Below are positions 34,891-47,548 of a stretch of DNA of 64,000 bases, piece after piece (the first letter of the stretch is position 1; each line of letters opens with the position of its first letter). This DNA comes from Azolla caroliniana. Its lineage: Eukaryota; Plantae; Polypodiophyta. The notes below the pieces were generated by a model. That model was given only the letters and a program-made list of their open reading frames with translations, searched no databases and had not been told where the DNA came from. The DNA lies in contig JBHGNT010000021.1 in the NCBI GenBank assembly GCA_043228905.1, forward strand, positions 310,001-374,000, read 5' to 3'. Both the position numbers and the translations under genes were made by a program.

Positions 34891-37800
34891 TCCGCCCCCA
34901 CCTAACTGCACGTCCACCGGTACGTGCCAATCTGGTTGAAGGGTGAGAGATTTCGGCCGGTGAGAAACCGGTCTCCCGTGTTCCGCATCTCGGCTCGCTG
35001 CCGGTTTGATCCGGCGGCTTCGAGTCTTCCTTCGCGCTCGTCTCCCCGTAGGCTCGTTCGACCCGTCGATGGGTCCTCTGCCACGATCTCCGTAGCACGC
35101 GTTCTTCCGTTGGCCCTTGTCCGACCGTATGAACGTCCTGCTTCCCGTCGTATGCCCGATGTCCTCCGCTAGGGGAGTGCCCGTGGCAGCCCGCTTGGCC
35201 TCCGTTGTCGAATCGTGATGTCCCGATGGTGTTTCGCGTTGCCTTCGTCCTTCCGTCGCCACCTTCCTTCTCCATGGTCTTACATCGCCGCGTCGGCTCG
35301 AACCGCCATGGTCTCCAGAACGGTGTGGAAGATCCCTTTCCGGCCTTCTCCGCGCTCGCCTTTCCGCTCCGGCACCTCCGTATGTCACCTACCCTCGTCT
35401 GTTGTTTGGTACTGGCCGTGTTGCACTCCTCGTCGGCCCCTTTCCGGCCTGATCGTGCATCGATGTTCACCCGCATACCGGTGTCCTTTGCTTCTGAGGA
35501 ACACCCCGTAGTAGCCCGCTTGGCCCTTCTTGTCGTCGTGCTGCTGAAACAGGTCCTGGGTCTTTCGCTTGCCGTCGTCCCCTCGCCCCCACCAGCTTGT
35601 CACCCTGGCTTGCCGTGTCAGTCTTTGTTACTTCGACGGAGTTACCGAGATCTACGAAGCGAGTGTGGAGGATCCTCCTCCGGCCTCTCTTACCGTCCTG
35701 GTTCCGACCCTGTGCAGTCTATTAGGCACTTGTCCCTTCGTTCTCGGCACCTCCCTTGTGCCGTCTTCCGCTTAGTCGGGTCCCATTTCCCGCCGCCACC
35801 AACCTTCTCTCTCGGTCTCATGTTGCCACGTTGGCCGAACTGCCAGAGTCTCTGGTTAAGTGTGGGGATCCTGTAGGACCGGACTTCCTTACGCCCATTG
35901 TCTTCGTCACCTCGCCGCCACCGTCAGTATCTTGGTCTTACGTCGACTGCGTTGCCGACTGCCGAAGTCTCTAGATCCGGTGTGAAGGATCCTCCGTAGA
36001 CCGCCCATCCGTAGCCCTTGCCTTCGTCACCTCGCTGCCACCGTCAGTATCTTGGTCTTACGTCGACCGCGTTGCCGACTGTCGAAGTCTCTAGAACCGG
36101 TGTGAAGGATCCTTCGTAGGCCTTCGTCGCCTTCTTGACCCTGTCCCGGGTCATCCTTTTCCGCATTGCCGAGAGGGCGTTTTGTTTCACACCCTCTCTC
36201 GTGGTACCGACGTACCGTGTCCTCGGCCTCTTCGTAGGCTTGCTCTCTTCCTCCCTCCTGGAATGGTCATCCGGGAGTCCGCTGCGCCCGGTTCTCCTCC
36301 GGGTCCGTTCGTCCTTTTCCGTATTGCCGAGTCCCGTTCTCCTGTCACCACCAATCTCTCTTATAGGACTCACGCCGGCACTCGGGCCTGCAGCCGTATC
36401 GGTGTAAGGAATCCCATAGGACCGACTTTCATTCTCTTTCCAAACCTCGACCTTCGCCCGGTCGGTCTTTCTCCCCATGTAAAAGAGGGCGGCTCGTCCC
36501 ACACCCTCTCCCGTATCGACACCTTTATGCCGAGTCTGGCCCCGATCGAACGATCCACGACCGGATCACGCTCCACCCGTATCAGAATGCTGATCCCCTC
36601 CTGCCGTGTTCGTCCTCGGCCTCCTCGCAGGCCGTTTCCCATCCGTCTTCGCTGGCATCGTGCCGGGACTCCTCGGTACCGCCATCCATCTCCTCGGTCT
36701 TACATGCGCATACGGGCCCAATTGCCGAGTTCTCCGGAATCGGGTCCGTGGGCTTTCGTCCGTTCCTTCCCCGTATCGTCTCGCCGGTGATTCTCACCCT
36801 TTCGCCGCCGCCTTCCTCCGCTTGGGACTCACGTGGGCACTCGGGCCCAACTGCCATCGCCTCGGGAGCAAGTGTGGGAAGACACAAAGAATCGCCCGTC
36901 CGTTTTGCGCCCTCTTGGCCCGCTTGGCCTTGTATGCCCTACGGGAAGCCGCCGCGCTTTCTCTTCCCGGTGTGTGCCCAGTTGTTCTCCGCGTATCTCC
37001 TTCGTTTCCTAGATACGACTCTCCGCTCATGCCGATCGCGCTCGGCCCATGTCGTCGATCCCGCGTTTGCCTCTCGAAGGCTTGATCCGACCGTCATTGT
37101 CGGTCAATCGTTGTCGCCCGTCCGCCGTATGCATGCTTGTGTCTTGGCCCTCCACCGTCCGTATTGCATGCGTCTCGTGTCGTGCTTCCGCCGTAGACCT
37201 GACCTCCGTTGGCCACGTCTTCCTTTGTCACCGTAGCCCGTTCCGGCCCAAGCTCGCCATCTTGGACCCGCTCGTCCATCATCTCATACCGGATACCCGC
37301 TCCGATAACTTTGTCCACTTCGGCCTCCGACTCCTCGCCGCCACCCGCCGTCTCTCCGGTCTCACGTTGATCCGCAACCGCCGAAGTCTCTAGAATGGGT
37401 GTGTAAGGTCCCTCTCGCTCTCGGTCTTCTAGCAAGCCGTGATCACCGTGCCCACTAGGCCTCCTTCTCGCTCTCACTGGCTCCCACCGTAACCGTACCC
37501 GGCCGGCTACGAATTGATCAAACAATCCCGATCTTGCCGGCTTCCTTCGGTTCGTGCCCGGTTGACCGGCCCCCGCTTCACTCTTCTTCCGCTCCGGCTC
37601 CCGGTCGGGTCGGATTACCGACCGGCTCATCTTTTGGTCGGGTCGGTTCCCGACTCGCTCCTCGATGCCGCTCCGGACCTCTCCTTCGGTCTTTTCGCAC
37701 GTGCCCACTCCGGGCCTCTCATCCTCACGGCCACCGCCCATCTCCCCGGTCTTATGTCCGCGCTCGGGCGCAACCGCCGAAGTCTCCGGCCCCGGTGTTG

Positions 37801-38301
37801 AGGGATCTCGCCTCCGTCCGCTACAAACCTCCTCTTCGTCATTTCGGTTGCCCGCCTTGCCGCCGCCACCGTCCGTCTCTCTAGGTCTCACACCGGCTCT
37901 TGGGCCGGTTGCCGGAGTCTCTAGGATTGGTGTGTGGAAGGTCGCGGCACCACTGCTCGTCTCCTCCTCCCTAGATGTTTCGGGCCGCCATGTCCCGAAT
38001 CCGTAGTTACCGGCCTCCATGGCCGTCCATCCGCCGCAAGACGAGAGAGTCGCTCTTTCCGCACCCACTCCCACATCGTCGCTGTCTGGTCGCCCGCCTT
38101 GCTGCCGCCACCGCCCGTCACTCTAGGTCTCACACCGGCTCTCGGGCCGGTTGCCGGAGTCTCTAGGCCCGGTGTGCGTAAGGTCGCGGCACCACCGCCC
38201 GTCTTCTCCCCACTCGATGTTTCGGGCCTCCATGCCCGAACTCCCTCATGTCCGCTCGAATCGGCGATCGCCGCCTCACCGTCCCCGACCTCGTCCTCGG
38301 T

Positions 38302-38991
38302 CTATCTTTCTCCGCATGTCGAGAGGGTGGCTCGCTCCGCACCCTCTCCCGTGGTACCGATGTACCATTCTCTTTCGGCCTCCTCATCCTCCGGCCGCCT
38401 CCGGCTCGACTCCATAATAAGCCCTTCTTCGGCTTCGATTTTCCCCTTCACAAGCTTGCATGCCTCCCGTATTAGCGCTTCTAGGTCGAGCTCCTCCGAA
38501 CTGTTTTGCGTTGAGCTCTCTTCCGGCGGTAGTGCGTACCCACTCACCGCTCTCTCTTCTCCGCCGCTCGCGGGCCGTGTTGTGGCCGACCGCCTCGCAT
38601 CATGTTGCCGACACACCCACCGATCGAACTCATGTTGACCTCTTCCTTCCGGTTCTGTGTACCCGTACGCCTCCAATAGGGCTCCCTCAAAGGACACCCA
38701 CGACTCATGAGCTTCTCGTACCTCCTTGACCTCCTTGTGCACCGATACGGCCGCCACTCGAGGAAAATACTCTAGTCGCATCGCCTCGTCCACGCCCCCT
38801 TTCGCCATCTCGGCCTTGTAGGCTCCCAAAATTTTTAGGACCTCATTCCCATTGAATCGGCCGACTCGATCGACCACCCTTTCGACGGCTTGTTGAGCCA
38901 CATCTCGCTTCGCCATCTTCCGTCCGTCTTCCATCACGATTTTTGCCATCATCTCCTCGAAGTCGAAGTCTTCTTCCATCTCCATGCTCAC
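38302..38991 (-). CDS. Gag-like protein, N-terminal part, of the non-autonomous element
   Basis: Begins right after the PBS; RVVDRVGRFNGNEV...YKAEM...MRLEYFPRVA..VHKEVKEV....SWVSFEGALLEAY resembles a gypsy capsid region. Confidence 0.65.
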   Translation of the reverse strand: MSMEMEEDFDFEEMMAKIVMEDGRKMAKRDVAQQAVERVVDRVGRFNGNEVLKILGAYKAEMAKGGVDEAMRLEYFPRVAAVSVHKEVKEVREAHESWVSFEGALLEAYGYTEPEGRGQHEFDRWVCRQHDARRSATTRPASGGEERAVSGYALPPEESSTQNSSEELDLEALIREACKLVKGKIEAEEGLIMESSRRRPEDEEAEREWYIGTTGEGAERATLSTCGER

Positions 38992-39001
38992 TTGCCGCCC
39001 T

Positions 39002-39018
39002 TCACGTCGGGTTCACCA
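39002..39018 (-). promoter_or_regulatory. Primer binding site complementary to the tRNA-Trp 3' end
   Basis: Minus strand TGGTGAACCCGACGTGA, 4 nt from the 5' LTR; plus strand tcacgtcgggttcacca matches the plant cytosolic tRNA-Trp 3' end as recalled. Confidence 0.8.
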
Positions 39019-39022
39019 AAGA

Positions 39023-39774
39023 TGTCGCGTTGTTACGCGCGTGCGTGGAGAAAGGCGGGACCACGGGGGTCTTGGACTAGGGAGCGACGGAGCGTAGGAA
39101 GTCGCACTTCACCGTTTTCTGGGGCACCCCTGAAACGCACCGGAAGCAGCCGAAGAGAGAGAGAGGGAGTGAGAGAGCGTGCTTGACACCGACTCACGCG
39201 CGCACACGCACGCACGCACACGCCCTCTTGTACAGGAAACGCAGGGAAGGAGGGGAGCACCCGACACCAACAAGACGCCAATATACACAGACAGACGCAA
39301 ACGTATATGTATATATATAAGAAGAATACACTCCCGGCTTCGAACCGGACCAGGATAGTTTATAACAGTCGTCTGTTGTCAAGCCGCCGTCGGGGAGCTC
39401 TCGGGCTCTTCACGCCGAGCGGGGTCTTGCACAGGAGATAAGTTGCAGCCAACCCTAAACGAACACGAAGGGGAAGAAGAAGAAGCAGAAGAAACCTAAC
39501 CCTAAACCTACCGATATACCCTCTAATCCAAAATGGGCAACCCTTTTACAAAGGGCGTTCCCTCCCTTTTATAGAACAAGGAGAGGGATGCGTTACAATG
39601 TGGGACAAATCCCGACTTTCATGGGATCGTCTGTCCCGACTTGACTACTCTTCGGCGCCATAAAGGCGCCCTCGATATTCACACCAAATGTACATGGGTG
39701 CGTACACACGCTGCACCCCGCCAATGTAGACAATGTTTCCCGGTTTTCGCCTATGGCCGAAATTCTTCACGACA
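39023..39774 (-). repeat. 5' LTR
   Basis: Near-identical to 34123-34890; adjacent to the PBS. Confidence 0.95.
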
Positions 39775-42700
39775 ACGTTTGACCATTTCCGGCATGTACC
39801 CAATAAAGAGAGCCAAACTGAAGCACAATCCATGCAAGATGGCATGGCTTCAATAACAGAAACTGCCTTATCAAAGTGTCCTGCACTACCAAAGCCAACC
39901 ACCATGCACGTATGATGCTCTATAGTAAGGCTAATCCCATACTTTATACTCAATTTCGCAATAAGCCTTTGGCTCTCATACCAGGACCCTGCATGGCTAC
40001 TAGCACTAAGCATACATACAAGACTGACCTCCTCTGGACAAATACCCTCAATTTGCATCATTTGAAACGCATTGAGTGTGTTGTGATTTTGTCCTTGTTG
40101 AGCATACCCCGCCATTAATGCATTCCAGGATGCTACATCTCTGATAGGTAGGTCTTCCAGCACATCTTGGGCTTTTGTAAGCATACCACATCTTGCATAC
40201 ATATCCACCAATGTAGTACCAAGCACAATGTCTTCCTCCAACAAACCCCTCTGCACAATCTCATTGTGGATCTGTTTGCCTTTTATTGATTGCTCCTATG
40301 TTCATATAAGGTTTCAAAATAGAAATGAAAGTGACTGTATTTGGCGATAGGCCTACAGATTGCATCCGTTTGAGACAGTTAAGAGCTTCATGGCATTGTC
40401 CTTGTTGTGCATATCCAACAATTACTGTGGACCAAGACACAACATTTCGAGTTGGAAGACCTTCAAGCACTTCTTGTGCTTTTCCAACCACTCCACATTT
40501 GGTATACATATCCACTAAAGCATTTCCAATCACGCTATCTTTTTCTAGCAATCCTCTTCTCTGAATCTCATCGTGAATTTGCTCCCCTTTATCTATATTT
40601 CTTCTACTTCCACACGCCTTCAAGATGCAAATAAATGTAACTATATCAGGACTAAGACCATCATTTTTCATGGATTTGTAGCAGTTTAATACTTCATCAT
40701 ACTAGCCTTTTTGAGCATACCCCGTAATCAATGCATTCCAACAAACGGTGTTTCAAACAGGGAGATCATTAACCACTTCTTGTGCTTTTGCAAGAGCACC
40801 ACATTTCACATACATGTCTACCACAATGGTGGCAAGCATGATGTCCTTTTCAAGCAATCCCTTCTTATTCCTAATTTTTTCATGGATTTGTTTCCCTTCA
40901 TCGATAGCTCCTATGTTGCCACATGCCTTCAGGATGCACATGAAAGTGACCACATCTGGGGAGAAACCCTCACTTTCCATTCATTCCAAACAGTTGAATG
41001 TTTCTTGGGTTTGAGCATGTTGAACATAACCGCTGATAAGTGTGTTCCATGAGACTACATCTCGAGCAGGAAGCTCTTCGAGCACTTTCTGTGCCCTAGA
41101 AAGCATGCCACATCTAGTGTACATGTCCAAAAGAGCATTGCCAAGTGTGACATCCTTCTCTAACAAACCTCTCCTCCTAATCTTGTCATGAATTTGTTTG
41201 CCCTTATTGGTGGCTCCGATGGTGCCACATGCCTTCAATATACATATAAAAGTAACAGAATCAGGCGACAGGCACTCACAATATATCTGTTGCATACAAT
41301 CTAAGGCTTCACTGCATTGACCTGCTTGAATGTAACCAGAAATTAACATATTCCAAGATATTACATCTCGAACTGAGAGTGAGTTGAGCATGTCTTTTAC
41401 ATTTGTCATTTCACCGCACTTAGCATACATATCCACTATGGATGTCCTTCTCCAATAAACCTCTATCTACGATCATTTTATGAACCCTTCTTCCCTCATC
41501 TAGAGCACTTATGTTGCCACAAGTCTTCAAAATACAAATAAAAGTGTCCGAATTTGGAACAACATTTTCTCTTTGCCTGCATGAATAAACATTCAATGCT
41601 TCATGAACTTGTCCTTGTTGGGCATACCCTGAAATGAGCGCATTCCAACAAGCGACATTTTGAACAGAATCTTCTTGTAGAAGTTTCCTAGCTTTCTCAA
41701 ACATACCACATTTTGCATACATGTTGATTAGGCAAGTGGCAATGTGAGGATTCTGTTCTAGAAGCAAACCATCTCTTTTTAGGATTTCACCATGTATTCT
41801 TGTACCTTCATGAAGGTCTTTCTTGTTGGCACAAGACTTGAGCATGTTCATTATAAAAGTTGCATCTCTTGCTCTTCCCCATCTGCTTTTCATGCTCTTT
41901 TAAACCTCTCTGCTTCCCAAACTTCCCATGGATCCATTGACAGGCAGATGACAAGTCCCGTTGCATCAACCCCAAGTTTTGAAAAAACTAACAAAATAGC
42001 CTTAACTTTCAGTAGAATTGTACCCTGTCACTGTACAGTCCTGGTTCGATTCTCATCTAATGTATTGATCTAAATTTGTAAACCATTTCTTCAGAAAATG
42101 AATCCGTGGCCTTAGTATCTCAAGGAGGAGGATGTATGTCGTTTGTTTCTTAACTCGTAGCAACAAAGAGGGGGGCACATCTATAGATAACCAAAAATTT
42201 GAACCCTACTTCATCCATCTCTCTCTCTCATTCATTGAAAACAGTAGCGGGGTATAGATACTATATTCTCAAAGTTCACTCATGAGTAGCTACAACACTA
42301 AACATATTCTCTTCCATTAGTCATTTCTTGTGTGGGGTCTCTAACCATGGTTCCATCTTGCCATATTCAAACTATTCTGCCCAAGAAAACCCGTATGTTC
42401 ATGCTTATACATTTTACCCACAATTCCAGTTCAGAAAACATACAGGTTTAACCATATAAAGTACATACATACATACTTACACATTTTGCGCAAATTTTCC
42501 TTGATCAAAGCATTGTATTCTCGTCCAGTTCAGGAAGCAAACAGGTTTAATCATATGTACAAAAGAAAACAATGGAAAAAATCCACTTCTGCTATTGATT
42601 CCAAAGAGAAATAATTTATATTACAAAGGTCTATTCTGCATCTGCATGCAGCATAGAACTCTTGATGACATTGTGATAATTGCCCCAAAACTTCCCATAG

Positions 42701-43246
42701 CCACCCCAAGACTACAAGATTGCTCCAAAACGCCCATATCCACACCAAGACTACAAGCTGAGTGTATAATTTTGCACACTATCTTCTCCTACCATCCAAT
42801 TCAATAGTACATTGAATTGTACATTACAATAGTACAATTCTAATTCTAATTCAATAGTACATTACATCCTCAAGTAACGAACTTAACTGGTGGGTCTTTA
42901 AATTCTTTTTATTATATGAAAGAAACTTCGAAAATAGAGATTTTCGTTTCCCTTTTCTGTACAAAAAGGCTTATGATTCTGTCTACAGTTTCTGTTGCAT
43001 TCCATGCAGCGTTCTTGATTTTTTATTGAAAGAATCATACATTATCAGCAATGTTTTGAGTAAAATCAGACATCCCAACTTCTGGTCATATATTCTATGA
43101 CAACCAAAGGAATCAAAGGTTGGTCATATTTAAAATTTATCCTGTTCTGTGGTGAAATCACTGGCATTTCAATTCCTAGAGATAGTCTACAACTACAAAA
43201 GGAATCAATGGTAGGAACAAAAACGATTCCCTTTATTATTGTACCC

Positions 43247-46200
43247 TTACTTAGTCTCCTTTAAGGAAGCAATTGCCCTCCAACCTATATCACGTCTACA
43301 AAAACCATCAGGCCAATTTATTGTATCAACAGCCACATAAGCTCGTTCTTGAGCTTGAGCAATCTCTTTTCCCAGTGCCACAACACCTAGAACTCTTCCT
43401 CCAGATGCAATCACATTTCCATGGGAATCCAAATCTGTTCCTGCATGAAAAATCTTCACTTTAGGTGCTGCAGTTGCTGCCTCATCTAGATTTCGAATCA
43501 AAGTGCCTTTCTTGTATTTTCCGGGGTATCCACTGCTTGCTAGCACCACCACCAAAGCCACCTCATCAGACCAAGAAAACGATAATCCCTTGAGTTCACC
43601 TTTGCATGCTGCAAGAAGTGCACTTGCAAGATCTGACTGCAACCGAGGAATTAAAACCTGCAAAAGGAATCTAAAATATCAAGAAAAGACAATGTTTTGC
43701 AGACTGTTGTCTGTTATTGGTAAATGTTTTAATGATTACAAAATAACATATAAGGTGGAAAGAGCATAAGTGAATTGTAAACCACAATTAAACATGTCTA
43801 AATGCTTTTGCTTAAAACAGGTCACTATTTTACAGAAACATCAAATAATTCTATAAAAGCTAATATTAAAAAAAACACAACTATTTTTGTATCTCTAACA
43901 TCAGCTTTATGATTACTTGCCACTATATCAACAGAACTACACTACAATCTATTAAATGATATATGCAATTTTTATCATTAATACTGCATGGAGATCACAG
44001 TTCTGTTATAAATCTAGCTCATTCCTCTTCATTTGGTAATTAGACGCATGTTTAGTTATGAAAATCCTCTTCAAAAGAAGCCTCTGTGAGAGTGCATGAA
44101 CACAGAATGAGGTCTTAATAGTATCTTGTTTACAAATATTGGGCACATGTGTAGGTATGAAAGTCGTCTACACAAGAAGACAAAGCGAGAGTGCATGAAA
44201 ATAGAATAAGGTCTTCAATGTATCTTGTCTAAAATGATCTCATTAGTTAAAGCCTACTATGGCGTCCATGCATTTCAGAAATCACAGCCATGGAGGATGG
44301 AAGAGCAATTCATATAAGTTTCATCTCATCATACCAAGATATAAAAAACCCTGTATTGGCTTATGGATCTATACATCACAACAGGCACTGTTTAAAGCAG
44401 ATAAGAGAAGCCATAATAATTTACCTGACATTCTGGATCTCCAAAGCGGACATTGTACTCAAGAAGCTTCGGTATTCCAGTTTGCTTATCAATTATAAGC
44501 CCTGCATATAACACCCCTACAAATTTACATCCCTCTGCTGACATTCCCTTAACAGTAGGCATAATAATAGAATCCATAACTTCCGCTTCAAGTTCTGGAG
44601 TGAGAAGAGGAGCTGGAGAATATGCTCCCATTCCTCCTGTGTTTGGTCCTACATCCCCGTCTCCAACACGTTTATGATCTTGTGCCGAAGCCAAAGGAAC
44701 CGCATGCTCACCATCCACTAATGCAAAAAAGGATACTTCTTCTCCATCCAAAAATTCTTCTATTATTACAAGCCCTCCAGCACTCCCAAAAATCTTATCC
44801 ACAAGCATGGAATCTACAGCATTAAATGCCTCTTCCAATGTATCCGCAATAATAACACCTTTCCCAGCAGCCAAACCATCAGCTTTAACTACAATGGGTG
44901 TTCCTACCTCTTCAATATAATGCTTAGCTTCTGCTGCATCACTGAATGATTTATACTGCAGCCAATGAAATGAAGCGTATGAGATATTATTAAGTTATTC
45001 AGAACCATGCAATTAACAGGCTCTAGTTAAAGTTTGAATATAATCGTACATAACGTAAAATACCATCAAGAAATACCCATCCATTTTCTTCAAATTGCTA
45101 TAGATGCCTTCAAATAAACATTTGGAAAGCAGTGTTAGATATGGACATCTATATGAGAATTGAAGAAAACAATGTTCAGTCTGATCCTGAGAGGATCCAT
45201 GGCCTTAATATCTGACTAAAATATAAACGAACATTGGAACACTCATTAAAAGAACATTGAGTTCGTCTATCTAGTTGCTGCTATATTAGTCAAACAAGTA
45301 TCATTCCTCGCGCTTTTGATAGACCCAGTTCTATTGACCATGGATTTGGTAACAATATACAGCACTATTCCAATAAATGGATCATTTGCAGATTACTAGT
45401 GACATATTCAGTTAGTTCATAAGGGGCATGTCATGGGTTATAAAAATCAAGGAAAAGGGTAACCTTTGTTGCTTTCCACAAATCGTAAGCCAGAAAAGTA
45501 ATAAAACCAAGGTTATATATTTGGAAACTATTTATTGAGAGAAATTACAAGGTTACCATGATAAATCACAACCAACCTTAGCTGTTGGGATACCATATTT
45601 CATACACAAATTCTTCATAAAATCTTTTGATCCTTCCAAGGCTGCTGCCTTAGCTGAAGGGCCAAATGCATATATTCCTGCTGCTTGAAGATCGTCTACA
45701 AGACCTGCAACTAGAGGCACTTCAGGACCAACCACCACAAGGCCAACATTCCACTTTTGGCAGAATGATATAACAGCTGCACTGTTACTGGTGTCTAAAT
45801 CTGGAATGCAGGTAGCATCACCCGATGCAGAGATTCCCGGGTTACCAGGAGCACAAAAGACTCCATCACATGTAGAAGATCGCTGCAAACCATAACAAAG
45901 AGCATGTTCCCTTCCTCCTCCTCCAATGACCAACACAATGACCCCTGTAGAGCAGGCCAAAAATAGCCAGACGGTTATGACATCAAGAACATGTATTCAG
46001 AATCAGATTTTAGCAAATTCATTTATTCACACGTTTCTCACTAATCAGCTGTAACTCTGAGGACATAGATCTCTATACATAACAATCATTATCAACTAAT
46101 TCACTATATCATTTGACCATCATTTCTTGAGGACACTAATGCCCATGAAACAATCCATTATTAGTATTAAGAAATTAAGAGAAAATATAAAACATTCCGG

Positions 46201-47459
46201 GGAAATAGTAAAATGTAGCAAACTATATATTTACATAGCATTTTCCCCTCGATTAATACTTCAAACCTTTTTGAGACTGGTAAGTTCAAAATTTTGAAAA
46301 ACACAGCTCGAGTTTTAGTAAGTGAGGTGGTACAGTTTGCATGACATCTTGGTGTGTGCCTTTGCCCTAGTCAACAAGAAGACAATCTATCGATAGCTAG
46401 TTTAAAGAAAGTCCAAATAGAGCCACAAATATACGTATATTGATAATAACTACATAAACGAAGAGGCAATGGTGTCTTCTTGTAAACTTCTTGTTGTTTG
46501 TCAATGTAGACATATGTGTTTTCTTGGTGATGTGACTCGTGGGGACTCTTTCTGCATTCAAGACCACAATACTCCATGTGTTTAAAATTTGATGCAATAC
46601 TACGCAGTGTATTGTCACTAAAGGCTCCAACATGAATACACAAAACCCCATGTTCCACTTTCTGCCCAAGTTAAAATTTTGGAGCATTCCCATATTTCAC
46701 TCCATGTAAAAAATAATATATATCTTTAAAATCCACCCACTAAAAAATACGTAACTAAAACAATAGCTAATTATTTATCACTTCTTCATTACATAGTTAT
46801 GGCTGTTGTCCCCTCTATGTTTTTATAGGGTCTTTATGATTGAGGTTGCATGTTTCATGCTGTGATACTTGGTTTTTGTATGTCATATATAACGGCATGA
46901 ACCTTTACCATCACAACGCTTGCGAACAGAAGTTGATGACTCAACCCAAAACCTGAAAGCCTAAACCTTTAACTAAGTTTCTCCTACAGCCAATGTAATA
47001 AATGCTCCTCAATTATTCATGAGCTATTTCTCCAGCATGAGTTAACATTCATGAAACTAATTCAGCTATACCATTATATATAAGATATTTAAATTTCATC
47101 CTTCAAACTTGTGTACATTTCAGGAAGTATGAGAAAATACATTTCAGGACCTATTTCCAACAATGACATAGTAAATGATATAGAAACTAACCTGTTATGT
47201 CTTTTGTTTTAGATGGTGATGATGATGACAATAAGCTCACAACAAAAGGTCTCCTCTGCGTCGACCTTGTATAGTGAAGATCGATAGAAAAAATTCTCCG
47301 TGAAGTCAACAATGGGGTAGTGAAGCTACTCTTGCTAAGCTTTGGAAGGGAAAGCTTTTCACTGAAAAAGGTAGTTGTGGTGGTAGTGAAGGAAGAAGAA
47401 GACGAATGGGAGATTGAGGAAGACATGGGGTTGGGAAGAAATGAAAGAGAAGAAGACAT
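43247..47459 (-). CDS. purD: Phosphoribosylamine--glycine ligase (GAR synthetase), plastid-targeted, four exons
   Basis: Exons 47459-47192 (Ser/Thr-rich transit peptide), 45944-45577 ([28 protein letters not shown]), 44955-44425 ([46 protein letters not shown]), 43657-43247 (FHAGT, GGRVL, RRDIG); in frame, ~525 aa. Confidence 0.96.
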
Positions 47460-47548
47460 CGTCGTTCCTCAGCGTTTCTTCTCTTCTGAAGGGCTTTCCA
47501 ATATGTAATTTATCTTCTCTGGTCCCCGCTTATCAAGAAAAGAAAAGA

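Larger units (their letters stand above)
34123..39774 (-). mobile_element. Complete non-autonomous LTR retrotransposon (gypsy-related, gag-like ORF, no pol), 5652 bp, 4-bp TSD ACGT
   Basis: LTRs 34123-34890 and 39023-39774 (TG...CA); PBS 39002-39018; PPT 34891-34902; ACGT at 34119-34122 and 39775-39778. Confidence 0.95.
33944..41893 (-). pseudogene. PLS-class pentatricopeptide repeat (PPR) gene with E domain; frameshifted and split by an LTR element
   Basis: Repeated LVDMYAKCG..KAQEVL..L..RDVVSWNALI.GY.Q motifs. Disablements near 41430, 40981, 40700-40755 and 40270. Removing 34123-39778 restores ...RKWSNV|KLGQSVFNQIVQLDDNLAAGYVLMANMFAAAG...* (stop 33944-33946). Confidence 0.9.

Noticed and set aside
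34900-38700. Many overlapping plus-strand ORFs
   Set aside because: Expected in GC-rich sequence, with no recognisable domains; the element's sense strand is minus
46371-46693. Coding-like ORFs in purD intron 1
   Set aside because: No recognisable motif, and not needed for the PurD frame; cannot be supported without a search
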